A DNA stretch of 64,000 nt. Origin: Vicinamibacterales bacterium. GTDB lineage: Bacteria; Acidobacteriota; Vicinamibacteria; Vicinamibacterales; UBA2999. The notes beneath the pieces were generated by a model that saw only the letters and a list, made by a program, of their open reading frames with translations, was not told the origin of the DNA and ran no database searches. Positions 20,545 to 29,082 of the stretch are shown one piece after another (the first letter of the stretch is position 1; the number at the start of each line of letters is the position of its first letter). The stretch is taken from NCBI GenBank assembly GCA_041394705.1, contig JAWKHS010000005.1:107374-171373 (forward strand), written 5' to 3'. A program made the translations under genes and the position numbers.

Positions 20545-22160
20545 CCTCGTGCCTCCGAGCGGGCGCCGCCCAGCGCCTCCGCGATGTGATCGGCCGACCG
20601 CAGCGTGAGCGCCGCGAACGTCAGCGTCCCGTTGGTGCAGCCAGCCGTGGGGAGCGTGGGCGCCCCGACGACGAACAGGTTCTCGTGATCGTGCGTGCGT
20701 CCGTGGCCGTCGGTCACGCTGGCGGCCGGGTCCGTGCCCATGCGGCAGCCGCCGGCGGGATGATCCCAGTAGGTGCCGATGTCCAGGTCGTGCATGACGC
20801 CGTTGTGATTGGCGGCCAGCCGCGCGAACACACCGCGGATGTGCTCCACCGTGGCCGCACGCCGCGCCTCGGTGGCCGCGTCGGCCCTGTGCGCGACCTT
20901 CGGCATCGGGTCGCCGTACTGATTCTTGTGTGCCGGGTCGAGCGTGAGCTCGCTCGTGCGGTCGGGGTGCACGTCGTAGTACGCGCGCACGCGTGCCGTC
21001 GCCCGGCGGGTCCGGGACCGCCAGTCGGCCATCAGCGCGTCGCCGAGCATCACGCGTCCTTCGGCGTCACGCAGCCGCGGCTCGCGGAACACCGGGCTTT
21101 CCCACACCCGCAGGTCGTGCCGGACGAATGGCTTCGTGCGATCCGCCCGGAAGAACTGCCTGGAGATGAGGCTGTGCTGCGGGTTGATGCCGGGGTAGAC
21201 CTCGGCGTCCAGCTCGATCTGCGTCTGGACGAACGCGTGACCCGCCATGAACTTGCCGACGAGGCCCGACGAGTTGGCCAGGCCGTTCGGAAAGCGCCGG
21301 TCCGCGGAGAGGAGCAGCAGATGCGGGCTCCACGCATAGCCGGAGGCCAGCACGAACGTCTTCGCCCGGTACTCCACGGTTTCGCCGGGCCGATCGCGAT
21401 GGAGTCCCTGCGCCGCCGCGATCCTGGGTGTCGCCCCGCCGCCGTCGGCGGCCACCAGCTTCCTGACGAGGGTGCGATCGTGCAGGGTGATGGTCTTCGC
21501 CGCCAGCAGACGCTTGAACGTCGCGTCGGGCGCGTAGCGGGCCTCGGTGGGACACACCGCACACGTGTTGCAGCGCCGGCACTCGCCGCGGCCGTCGTAG
21601 GGCCGCGTGTTCTTGGCCTGCGGCGTGCCGCCGAACGGAATCCCGCTCTTGTCCGCCCATGCCTTCAACTGCAGCAGGTTCCACGAGAGCGGCATGCCGG
21701 GCATCGGATACGGCTCCGAACGGGCATCCTCGGGAAACGGACTCGGGTCTCCGGACACGCCGATGCGCCGCTCCGCCTCGCAGTAGAAGCGTTCCAGCTC
21801 CGTCCACGCGATCGGCCAGTCGGTGGCGAGGCCGAACATCGATCGGAGCCGGGTGTCCTCCTCCGAGAAGCGGTTGGTGACGCCGCCCCAGTGCATGGCC
21901 GATCCGCCGACGACCATGGACCGGGAGATCACGCCCTCGCCCGCCTGGTCCGGAATGTGGTCGCCCGGCCACGGCGCCTCGCCGTACTCGAGCACGCGGC
22001 GGCGCTGCTCCCATCGCCGCTGGGCGTCGAACATCCGGTCGCCCGCCTCCACCACGACGATCGACGTCCCGGGGCGGCGCTCGGACAGCTTCCAGGCCAG
22101 GAGCGCGGCGGAGATCCCGCCGCCGATCACGACGACGTCGGCCTCGTAGCGCGGCATCAT
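20541..22160 (-). CDS. GMC family FAD-dependent oxidoreductase (gluconate 2-dehydrogenase flavoprotein-subunit-like)
   Basis: Internal ATG at 22160 of the 1138-aa track ORF. The 539-aa product starts MMPRYEADVVVIGGGISAALLA (the GxGxxG FAD fold). Other motifs: GGSAMHWGG, CxxCxxC segment GECRRCNTCAVCP, and C-terminal HPAGGCRMG ... NLFVVGAPTLPT. The ATGA overlap with the small-subunit gene supports this start. Confidence 0.9.
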   Translation of the reverse strand: MMPRYEADVVVIGGGISAALLAWKLSERRPGTSIVVVEAGDRMFDAQRRWEQRRRVLEYGEAPWPGDHIPDQAGEGVISRSMVVGGSAMHWGGVTNRFSEEDTRLRSMFGLATDWPIAWTELERFYCEAERRIGVSGDPSPFPEDARSEPYPMPGMPLSWNLLQLKAWADKSGIPFGGTPQAKNTRPYDGRGECRRCNTCAVCPTEARYAPDATFKRLLAAKTITLHDRTLVRKLVAADGGGATPRIAAAQGLHRDRPGETVEYRAKTFVLASGYAWSPHLLLLSADRRFPNGLANSSGLVGKFMAGHAFVQTQIELDAEVYPGINPQHSLISRQFFRADRTKPFVRHDLRVWESPVFREPRLRDAEGRVMLGDALMADWRSRTRRATARVRAYYDVHPDRTSELTLDPAHKNQYGDPMPKVAHRADAATEARRAATVEHIRGVFARLAANHNGVMHDLDIGTYWDHPAGGCRMGTDPAASVTDGHGRTHDHENLFVVGAPTLPTAGCTNGTLTFAALTLRSADHIAEALGGARSEARG

Positions 22161-22735
22161 CGTCCCCCGGGGCCGAGCGCCGGCGGCCGGGCGTCCGAGC
22201 CCTGGAGCCCGCGGCACGCGTCGCGACCGATCGCGCGCGCATACGCGGCGTCGTTGGCGGCGGCGCCGCGGAAGTAGTGCGCCATCAGGTCCGTGGCGAT
22301 GTGACCGCCGTTCGGCCGAACGGGCAAATCGCGAATCCCGGCAGCGTCGATGGCCTCGACGACGACGCGGCGCCGGTCGGCATCGGCCAGTCCCAGGAAC
22401 GAGCCCCCGGCGCGTCGATCGAGGTCCGCCAGATGCCCGGCATAGCGGTCCGCCGGCGAGGCCGGCAGGGATCGCAACGCGGTGACGCCATACCCGGAGT
22501 CGCGCTCGGCGCCCGGCCGGTAGTCCCGCAGCCACTGGAGGAATCGCTCGACGGCCTGTTCCTGTCCCTGAGGCGTCAGCGTGGCCGGCAGCACGACCGC
22601 CGCGAGGGCGCGCACGGCGGGCAGGTGCGCGGGTCCGAAGGCGGCCTGCGCCGCAGCGGCGACCCGGCGGGGCCGCCCGACGGCCAGGCCCGCAAGGGCC
22701 GATTGCAGCAGTCTTCGCCGGGGCAGCATCGGCAT
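22157..22735 (-). CDS. gluconate 2-dehydrogenase subunit 3 (gamma-subunit-like) family protein with Tat signal
   Basis: The track ORF starts with TTG at 22783. I prefer the ATG at 22735, giving MPMLPRRRLLQSALAGLAV, a twin-arginine signal. ATGs at 22756 and 22729 are alternatives. The small size and its position directly upstream of the GMC subunit, with a 4-nt overlap, match the gamma subunit of membrane-bound sugar dehydrogenases. Confidence 0.65.
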   Translation of the reverse strand: MPMLPRRRLLQSALAGLAVGRPRRVAAAAQAAFGPAHLPAVRALAAVVLPATLTPQGQEQAVERFLQWLRDYRPGAERDSGYGVTALRSLPASPADRYAGHLADLDRRAGGSFLGLADADRRRVVVEAIDAAGIRDLPVRPNGGHIATDLMAHYFRGAAANDAAYARAIGRDACRGLQGSDARPPALGPGGR

Positions 22736-22907
22736 CTCGGTGAAACTCTGGTGCATCCTGAGCCAGCGCGCGATGCGAGTCAAGCGTACGGCGGCAAGCG
22801 CGGTGTCCCCCGGGCTGCGCGGGAGCCACGCGCGCCACGGCCGCCCGGCGAAGTCCTGCTACGATGGAACCTCGCCCCCCGCCAACACCAGAGAGGCTCC
22901 TCACACG

Positions 22908-23900
22908 ATGACCGCACTCACCCGTCTCGCGATCCGGTCCGTACTGCCGGCCACCGTCCTGGCCCTGTTTGGCGTCGCAGCGCCCGCGTCGGCGCAGACC
23001 ATCGGCACGTTCCCCTTCGCGCTCCAGCCATACTGCAACCAGGTCACCATCACGATCACGCAGGAAGGCAGCACCTACCGCCTGGCGGGGTGGGACGACG
23101 CCTGCGGGGCCGCAAAGCGGTACCCGTTGCATGGCACCATCGTTCCGAACCCTGACGGCACGCTCCACATCTCGTTTACCGTCACGCGCACGAACGGCAT
23201 TGCCGTCGAGACCAGCGTGCCCAACTTCAACGTCGGCACCTTGGGCGGCACCTGGACCGATAGCGCGGGGAACACTGGCCCCTTTCTGCTCGGAGGTGCG
23301 CCCGGCGGCAGCGGCGCCAGGCCCGGGCCCACGTCCACGATTCCCGCCAACTCCGTCACCACCGTGAACATCGTGGACGGGTCGGTGAACGCCGCCGACG
23401 TGAACGCCGCGCAGGTGCAGCTGCGGGTCAGCGGCTCGTGCGCGAGCGGCCAGGCCGTGCGTTCGGTGAACCAGGACGGCACGGTCGTGTGCGGCGCCGT
23501 CACCGGCCCGACGACCATGGGGAACGAGATCTCCGTACTGAACGGCATCACGAGCACCTGTGAAGAACTGGACGCGCTCTCGTTCGGCACGGTCCCGACG
23601 GGCACGCTGTCCTGCACAGCGGCGGTGAGTGCGAATTTCGGCCACACGAACGGCACCGTCGATCACCTGGAGTTCGACGTCGCGACCGTCACGAACGGCT
23701 GCAACGGCCTGAACCGGTCCGTCTTCGAGATGCCGGCCACCGCGGCCACGGAGGCCGGCATCGACGTGACCGTGCCCGTGCACCGCTGGCTCGGCACGGT
23801 CTCGGCCGGGCCGCTCACCGTCTACCTGAACGCGCGCACGCTCGGCACGACGGCGAACGTCCTCGCCTCGCAGTTCACCTGCACCTTCACGCCGCAGTAG
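22908..23900 (+). CDS. secreted hypothetical protein (Cys-containing, tail-fibre-like central motif)
   Basis: Internal ATG at 22908 of track ORF 22581..23900, with AGAGAGG upstream. The signal peptide is MTALTRLAIRSVLPATVLALFGVAAPASAQ. The central stretch IPANSVTTVNIVDGSVNAADVNAAQVQLRVSGSCASGQAVRSVNQDGTVVCG resembles a motif seen in tail-fibre-like and cell-surface proteins. No function can be assigned. Confidence 0.7.
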   Translation: MTALTRLAIRSVLPATVLALFGVAAPASAQTIGTFPFALQPYCNQVTITITQEGSTYRLAGWDDACGAAKRYPLHGTIVPNPDGTLHISFTVTRTNGIAVETSVPNFNVGTLGGTWTDSAGNTGPFLLGGAPGGSGARPGPTSTIPANSVTTVNIVDGSVNAADVNAAQVQLRVSGSCASGQAVRSVNQDGTVVCGAVTGPTTMGNEISVLNGITSTCEELDALSFGTVPTGTLSCTAAVSANFGHTNGTVDHLEFDVATVTNGCNGLNRSVFEMPATAATEAGIDVTVPVHRWLGTVSAGPLTVYLNARTLGTTANVLASQFTCTFTPQ

Positions 23901-23920
23901 CGGCGCCGTCGTCTGTCGCC

Positions 23921-23950
23921 GGGCCCGTCTCCGCGGCGCGGAGCGGGCCC
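23921..23950. terminator. strong GC hairpin between convergent genes
   Basis: GGGCCCGTCTCCGCG-G-CGCGGAGCGGGCCC forms a 14-bp stem with one bulged T. It sits in the 63-nt spacer between the secreted protein (+) and the Cys-cluster protein (-). There is no U-tract. Confidence 0.4.
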
Positions 23951-23963
23951 GCGCCATGTACGG

Positions 23964-25115
23964 TCAGGCGGGACCGGCCAGCGACGCCGCCAGCGACGCG
24001 CCATCGGCGTAGTGGAGCAGCAGGCGATCCGCCTCGCCGACGGCCGTCACGAGCGTCGTGCGGTCCAGACGCCGCCCCGCCTCCGCCGCCGCTCGCCCAC
24101 ACTCCACGCGTAGCACGGCCAGCGACAGGTCGAGCCACCCCACCAGCCCACGCGCGGCGTCAGCGTGGTAGGTCAGCCACGAGCCGAAGGCGCGCGCCGC
24201 CAGGTAGCGCCTGACGGTGACGGCGGCGTCTGCCCACGCCGGCTCCACCCACCGCGCGTCGGCATCCGCGAGATTCGGTGGAGCCGCCGGCCAGGTCCAC
24301 GGCGCCCGGCAGGCCGCCCTCGCCATCTCGAACAGCCGACCCCGGCGTGCGGCCGCGTCGGCGCCGCCCGGCGCGGACCGCAGCGGGCGCTCGGCCTCCC
24401 GCAGCCGGCCGACGGCCGCTTCGAGCGTGTCACCGGCGGGCCGCCAGGCGCGCAGGTCCTCGGCATCGGCCCGGAGGCGTTCGAGAATGTCCTCCGGCGC
24501 GCCCGTGTCCGCGGCAGGCCCGGCCAGCGCGCCAACGACGTGCGCCTCCCACGCCGACAACCCCTCGAGATCACACAACACGCGATCCGACAGACGCGGC
24601 GGCAGCGCGCCCCTGGCGTCCAGGCCTTCCGGCACGGGCACATCGGGCACGGCCGGCGGCCCCGGCACCAGGGTCACGGGCTCGTCGTAGTGGACCAGCA
24701 TCGCCGCCGCGGTCGGACACGCGTGCGACAGCGAGACCCGCACCCCCCGGTCGTCGACCAGGCAGACGCGCGGAAAGTGCTGGCACGTCGCCGGCAACGC
24801 CGCGTGGCCGAGGCTTGCGTGCACGGCACACCGGTGGCCGCCGCCAAGCGCCGGGACGTGGAACACGCACGCCCCATCCACGTGGCGAAACGTTCCCGCG
24901 ACGCCGTCCGGCGCCTCGGCCGACTCCTCGAGCCAGCGGGGCGACCCATCCACCGTCATCAACCGGCAGGCGATGACGGCGCGATCGATGCCCGCCACGA
25001 CGCCGTCGTCGACGGGCACGGGCCACCCCGCACGGCAACAGGCGCCGCTGTGCCGGCACGCGTACCCGGTGTGGCAGGAGAGCCACCACGTGGTGACAGT
25101 GGGCGGGATGCTCAC
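23964..25115 (-). CDS. YkgJ/FliB-family cysteine-cluster (putative Fe/Zn-binding) protein
   Basis: The GTG at 25115 overlaps the stop of the upstream cysteine-synthase-like gene (GTGA). The 383-aa product starts VSIPPTVTTWWLSCHTGYACRHSGACCRAGW. It also contains DGACVFH ... HRCAVHASLGHAALPATCQHFPRVC, the pattern of the CxxCxxCC/UPF0153 family. The N-terminal 321 codons of the 704-aa track ORF are an alternate-frame artefact. Confidence 0.6.
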   Translation of the reverse strand: MSIPPTVTTWWLSCHTGYACRHSGACCRAGWPVPVDDGVVAGIDRAVIACRLMTVDGSPRWLEESAEAPDGVAGTFRHVDGACVFHVPALGGGHRCAVHASLGHAALPATCQHFPRVCLVDDRGVRVSLSHACPTAAAMLVHYDEPVTLVPGPPAVPDVPVPEGLDARGALPPRLSDRVLCDLEGLSAWEAHVVGALAGPAADTGAPEDILERLRADAEDLRAWRPAGDTLEAAVGRLREAERPLRSAPGGADAAARRGRLFEMARAACRAPWTWPAAPPNLADADARWVEPAWADAAVTVRRYLAARAFGSWLTYHADAARGLVGWLDLSLAVLRVECGRAAAEAGRRLDRTTLVTAVGEADRLLLHYADGASLAASLAGPA

Positions 25116-26023
25116 GAACGGTAGAGGGCGCCGGCCAGGTATTTGAGTCCAGAGTCGCAGACCACCGTCACCACGCGCGCGCCGGGCGGCAGGCGCTTCG
25201 CGCGTTCCAGCGCCATCCACACGTTGGCGCCCGTCGAGGTGCCGCCCCAGATCCCTTCCTCGCGGGCCAGGCGCCGGGCCGTCTCCATCGCGTCGCGGTC
25301 CGTCACGGCGAGGACCGCCTCCGCCAGGGACGGATCGTAGTTGCCAGGAACGAACCCGGGCCCGGTGCCTTCGATCCGGTGCCCACCCGTGGGAGCATGG
25401 CCGGAGAGGGCGCGGCTCTCGGCGGGCTCGCCGGCGATGCACCGGACGCCGGGCACCTTGGCCTTGAGCGCCGCCGCATTGCCGGCGAAGCAGCCGGCCG
25501 TGCCCACCATCATCACGAACTCGTCGAGCCGGCCCCCGAGGGCGGCAAGCATCTCGTCGGCCATGGCGTGATACCCGGCCGGGTTGTCGGGGTTGTTGAA
25601 CTGGTCGGTCCAGAACGTGTTCGGCTCCGCCGCCAGCGTCCGGGCGCGGGCGATCATGGACTGAATCAGGCTCGCCGTGATCTTGCCGCCCTCGCTCGGG
25701 AGCACGTCGAGGCGGGCGCCGAACGCCCGCATCGTCTGCAGCTTCTCTTCCGAGAACGCGTCGGAGGACACGAAGTGCGCCTGATAGCCGAGGGCGGCGC
25801 ACACCATGGCGAGCGAGCTTCCCGTGCTGCCGCCCGTGTACTCGACCACGCGGCCGCCGGGCCGAAGCGCCCCGCGGGCCACGGCGCCCTGGATCATCGA
25901 GAGCGCCATCCGGTCCTTCATGCTGCCCGTGGGATTGGCGCCTTCCCACTTCACCCAGACCTCGACGCCATTGGCGGGTGCGAGCCGTTCCAGCTTGATG
26001 AGTGGTGTGCCGCCGATCTGCAT
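25112..26023 (-). CDS. PLP-dependent cysteine synthase family protein (CysK/CysM-like)
   Basis: 303-aa ORF. Motifs: GGTPLIKL, NPTGSMKDR (PLP lysine), GSTGSSLA, GTAGCFAG, and a GTSTGA-type C-terminal motif. TAAGAT lies 6 nt upstream of the ATG. Confidence 0.9.
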   Translation of the reverse strand: MQIGGTPLIKLERLAPANGVEVWVKWEGANPTGSMKDRMALSMIQGAVARGALRPGGRVVEYTGGSTGSSLAMVCAALGYQAHFVSSDAFSEEKLQTMRAFGARLDVLPSEGGKITASLIQSMIARARTLAAEPNTFWTDQFNNPDNPAGYHAMADEMLAALGGRLDEFVMMVGTAGCFAGNAAALKAKVPGVRCIAGEPAESRALSGHAPTGGHRIEGTGPGFVPGNYDPSLAEAVLAVTDRDAMETARRLAREEGIWGGTSTGANVWMALERAKRLPPGARVVTVVCDSGLKYLAGALYRS

Positions 26024-26111
26024 GGGGGCATCTTAGAACGTGCAAGGACCGGTGAGCAGGAATACGGGACCGGGCCATCTCCCCTGGCCCCGGGTCCCGG
26101 ATCCCGGGTCA

Positions 26112-27572
26112 CTACCGCTCTTCAGACACCTCCGCGTCGGCCTCGATCTCCACCAGGTACTCGTCGCCGATCAACCGGGCCTGGACGAGGGTGTTGGCCG
26201 GACGGATTCTCCCGAACCGCTCACCGTGGGCGCGCGCCACGGCCTCCCAGTGCGCGACGTCCGACACGAAGATCCGCGTACGAACGACGTCCTCCAGGCG
26301 GCCGCCGAGCGACTGGAGCGCGCCGGCAATCTTGTCGATCGCCGCGTGGGTCTGCGCGGCCGCGTCGCGGCCGCCGAGCAGGCGATCGCCATGCGTGGCG
26401 GTGGTCCCCGACACGGCGATGCGCGATCCCGTCCGGACGGCGCGGGCGTAGCCGCAGGCCGGCTCCCACGGCGTGCCGCTGAAGCAGTGCCGCGTGCCGC
26501 GGGGTCCGGGGCGCACCTCGTACGGCGGCGGGAACGCGTCCAGGTGGTGACTCAGGTCGCCGGAAGCCGTCAGGAACGGCGGCACGCGGTACTCGTCGCC
26601 ACAGTCTCCAGGAATCGGCGCCAGGGTGGCGATGGCGGCCTCGAGGTGGGCGCGGTCTTCCGCCGTCAGGTGGAGATCGAACATGCGGACGTTCTCGTCG
26701 ACATGCGCCCGCTCACCCAGCCGCGCGCCCACGATCACGGCGGCCACCCCCGATTGATCGAGGATGTACCGGGTGGCGACGTTGGTGAGCGAGACGCCGT
26801 GCCGCTCCGCCACATCCTGGGCCGCGCGCAGGACGCGCTGCAGCGCCGGCCAGCCGCCGGCTTCGCGGATGAAGCGCCCGTACTTCATCTGCGACCACGT
26901 GCCCTCGCGCTCCCAGTCCGGTTCCGCCCGGCCGAGCCAGCGATCGCTCAGCCACCCGCCGCAGACGGTCCCGTACGCCAGCAGGTGCACGCCGAACTCG
27001 GCGCAGACGCCGGCCAGCGCACCCGCGGCCCGGCGATCCATGAGCGAGGCGCTCACCTGGTTCGACACCACCTCGATGCCCGTGGCCAGCGCCAGCCGGA
27101 GGTGCGCCGCATCCACGTTGGTCAGGCCGAGGTGACGGATCAGGCCCTCGCGCTTGAGATCCTGCAGATGGAACAGGGCGTCGAGCCACGCGGGGTCCGC
27201 GTAGTTCCAGGCGTGGAACTGCAGGAGATCGATCGCGGGCACGCGCAAGCGCTCGAGGGAGCGCTCCACGGCCGCGCGGACGTCCGCCGCGGTCACCGGT
27301 CCCGGCTTCGGCACCCACTTGGTGAAGAGCTGCAGCCGCGACGGGTCGCCCAGGGCGCGGCACGTGCCGGCGATCACTTCGGCCGATCCGTAGTGGTCGG
27401 CCATGTCGAACGCGGTGAGGCCAGCCGCCACGTAGGGCTCCATGGCGCGGGCGGCACGCACGGGATCGAGCGACGCGCCGTGCCGCTCCATGTCCGCCAC
27501 CTGCCACAAGCCGGTGACGACACGCGGAATCGGGAACCCGGGAGCGAGCGCGATGCTGGGGACAAACGCCAC
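26112..27572 (-). CDS. aldo/keto reductase fused to a C-terminal RidA (YjgF/TdcF/L-PSP) domain
   Basis: In-frame GTG at 27572, preceded by AGAGGAG 7 nt upstream. The AKR part carries FDMADHYG, IDLLQFHAW, HLGLTNV and AAVIVGARL. The last 125 aa or so (ARAVRTGSRIAVSGTTA...AAAQTHAAIDKIAGALQSLGGRLEDVVRTRIFVSD...PANTLVQARLIGDEYLVEIEADA) are RidA-like. Confidence 0.8.
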   Translation of the reverse strand: MAFVPSIALAPGFPIPRVVTGLWQVADMERHGASLDPVRAARAMEPYVAAGLTAFDMADHYGSAEVIAGTCRALGDPSRLQLFTKWVPKPGPVTAADVRAAVERSLERLRVPAIDLLQFHAWNYADPAWLDALFHLQDLKREGLIRHLGLTNVDAAHLRLALATGIEVVSNQVSASLMDRRAAGALAGVCAEFGVHLLAYGTVCGGWLSDRWLGRAEPDWEREGTWSQMKYGRFIREAGGWPALQRVLRAAQDVAERHGVSLTNVATRYILDQSGVAAVIVGARLGERAHVDENVRMFDLHLTAEDRAHLEAAIATLAPIPGDCGDEYRVPPFLTASGDLSHHLDAFPPPYEVRPGPRGTRHCFSGTPWEPACGYARAVRTGSRIAVSGTTATHGDRLLGGRDAAAQTHAAIDKIAGALQSLGGRLEDVVRTRIFVSDVAHWEAVARAHGERFGRIRPANTLVQARLIGDEYLVEIEADAEVSEER

Positions 27573-27588
27573 GGGCGAACTCCTCTGC

Positions 27589-29082
27589 CTACTCCGGCGG
27601 CAGCACGGCGAACCGCGCCGCCAGGTCGACGCCTCGCGCCGCGAGACGCCGCGTCTCACGCACGTACACCACCGAGCCGATGGCCATCACGATGGCCCAG
27701 ACCGGCGTCGATCGGAAGTACCACGCCGCGGCCGGCCCCGTCAGGTCCTTCCACGTGTGGACCCCCAGGAACACGGCGAGGACGACCACACCAGCGACGG
27801 CCACTGGCAGTTGCAGCGCGCGGGACGGCAGCACCGACACCCGGGCCGCGATGGCGGGACTGCGCCGCGGCAAGGTCACGACCGACACCGCCATGAACAG
27901 GAAGTTCACGAGCATCGACGTCACCAGGATGTCCACGCCGAGGAAGAAGTCCCCGGCCACGTGGCTGCCGATCACACCGAGCGTCGCCATGCCGGCGCTG
28001 GCGAGGATGGCGGCGTACGGCGTGCGGCGCGTGGGATGCACGGCGGCGATGACCGCCGGCACGATGCCGTCCTCGGCCCAGGCGAACATCAGCCGCGACA
28101 CGCCGAGGAGCATCGCCGGGAGATCCTTGATCAGGGCAACGGCGGCGCTGGACACGATCACGACGGACCAGAAGGGCGGCAGCACGTAGGCGAGGAGGCC
28201 GGGCGCCGTCAGGTCGCGGGTGCGCGAGAGGTCCGCGACGTAGGCCCACGGCACCGTGTGATAGACGGCGGCCGTGAACAGGAAATAGAAGATGGCCACC
28301 GAGCCCACGGCGATGAAGATCGCGAGGGGCAGGTCGCGGCCGGGGTGGCGGGCTTCCCCGCCGGCCTGGGCGATCGAATCGAACCCGATGAACGACGCGA
28401 AGAGCGTCGCCGCGGCGGGCAGGAGGACGCGGCCTCCGCCCATCGGCATCTCGGTCCGCCAGGTCTCCCCCTTCAGCGCGGCGGCCGCGAGGAAATCGCT
28501 CGGGTCGTGGCTGAACCCCGCCACGATCACGACGCCGCCGAGCGCGAAGGTCAGGAACATCAGCGGCACCATCAGGCGCTCGTACGCCTTGACGCCCCGC
28601 AGGTTCAGGCCGGCTGCCGCCCACAGGAAGCCCAGCGCCACCCCCACGCGCACGGCGCCGGACTCGAGCCACACCGCGACGCCCCTGGCGTCGAGCGCCA
28701 GCGCGATGTCACGCAGGAACGGCGCGATCAGGTAGGAGACGACGCCGATGGCGACCGAGAGCGAGAACCACTGCGAGAAGGACGCGATGAACCCGAGATA
28801 GGGCGAGAGCGCGCGGCTGGCGTAGACGTAGCTGCCGCCGGCGCGCGGCATCGCGGACGCCAGGATGGCGTAGGCCAGGCCGGCGAACACGGCCGGCACC
28901 GCGCCGAGGACGAAGGCGGGCAGCACCCACGATCCCACGCCCGGCACGTTGCGCTGGATCATGAAGGGGATCACGTTCAGCCCGGCGCCCACCATCGAGC
29001 AGACGCCGGTGGCGGTCAGGCCCAGCAGGCCCATCTCGCGGGCGAGGCTGGCGCCTGGCCGGGTGCCCCCCGGCGTCGTCAT
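27589..29082 (-). CDS. APC-superfamily amino acid permease
   Basis: Internal ATG at 29082 (MTTPGGTRPGASLAREMGLLGLTATGVCSMVGAGLNVIPF...). It overlaps the stop of the upstream oxidase gene (ATGA). The product is 497 aa with about 12 TM segments. Confidence 0.9.
   Translation of the reverse strand: MTTPGGTRPGASLAREMGLLGLTATGVCSMVGAGLNVIPFMIQRNVPGVGSWVLPAFVLGAVPAVFAGLAYAILASAMPRAGGSYVYASRALSPYLGFIASFSQWFSLSVAIGVVSYLIAPFLRDIALALDARGVAVWLESGAVRVGVALGFLWAAAGLNLRGVKAYERLMVPLMFLTFALGGVVIVAGFSHDPSDFLAAAALKGETWRTEMPMGGGRVLLPAAATLFASFIGFDSIAQAGGEARHPGRDLPLAIFIAVGSVAIFYFLFTAAVYHTVPWAYVADLSRTRDLTAPGLLAYVLPPFWSVVIVSSAAVALIKDLPAMLLGVSRLMFAWAEDGIVPAVIAAVHPTRRTPYAAILASAGMATLGVIGSHVAGDFFLGVDILVTSMLVNFLFMAVSVVTLPRRSPAIAARVSVLPSRALQLPVAVAGVVVLAVFLGVHTWKDLTGPAAAWYFRSTPVWAIVMAIGSVVYVRETRRLAARGVDLAARFAVLPPE

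Noticed and set aside
20541-23957. The 1138-aa minus-strand ORF was considered as one giant protein. Similar very long ORFs were considered the same way: 36866..40129 (1087 aa), 53391..56426 (1011 aa), 7259..9463, 9324..12053 and 8383..10275 (N-terminal parts), 29578..31383, and 41909..43570.
   Set aside because: Their extra regions are Arg/Gly/Pro/Ala-rich low-complexity translations. They lie antisense to, or in an alternate frame of, genes with clear family motifs. Stop codons are rare in off-frames at about 70 % GC. Where a real gene is embedded, an internal start with a signal peptide, a Shine-Dalgarno sequence or an ATGA/GTGA overlap explains it.
23964-26078. The 704-aa ORF was considered as a fusion of cysteine synthase and the Cys-cluster protein.
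   Set aside because: The cysteine-synthase motifs are in a different frame (25112..26023). The N-terminal 321 codons of the 704-aa ORF are an artefactual alternate-frame reading. The two genes are separate and joined by a GTGA overlap.
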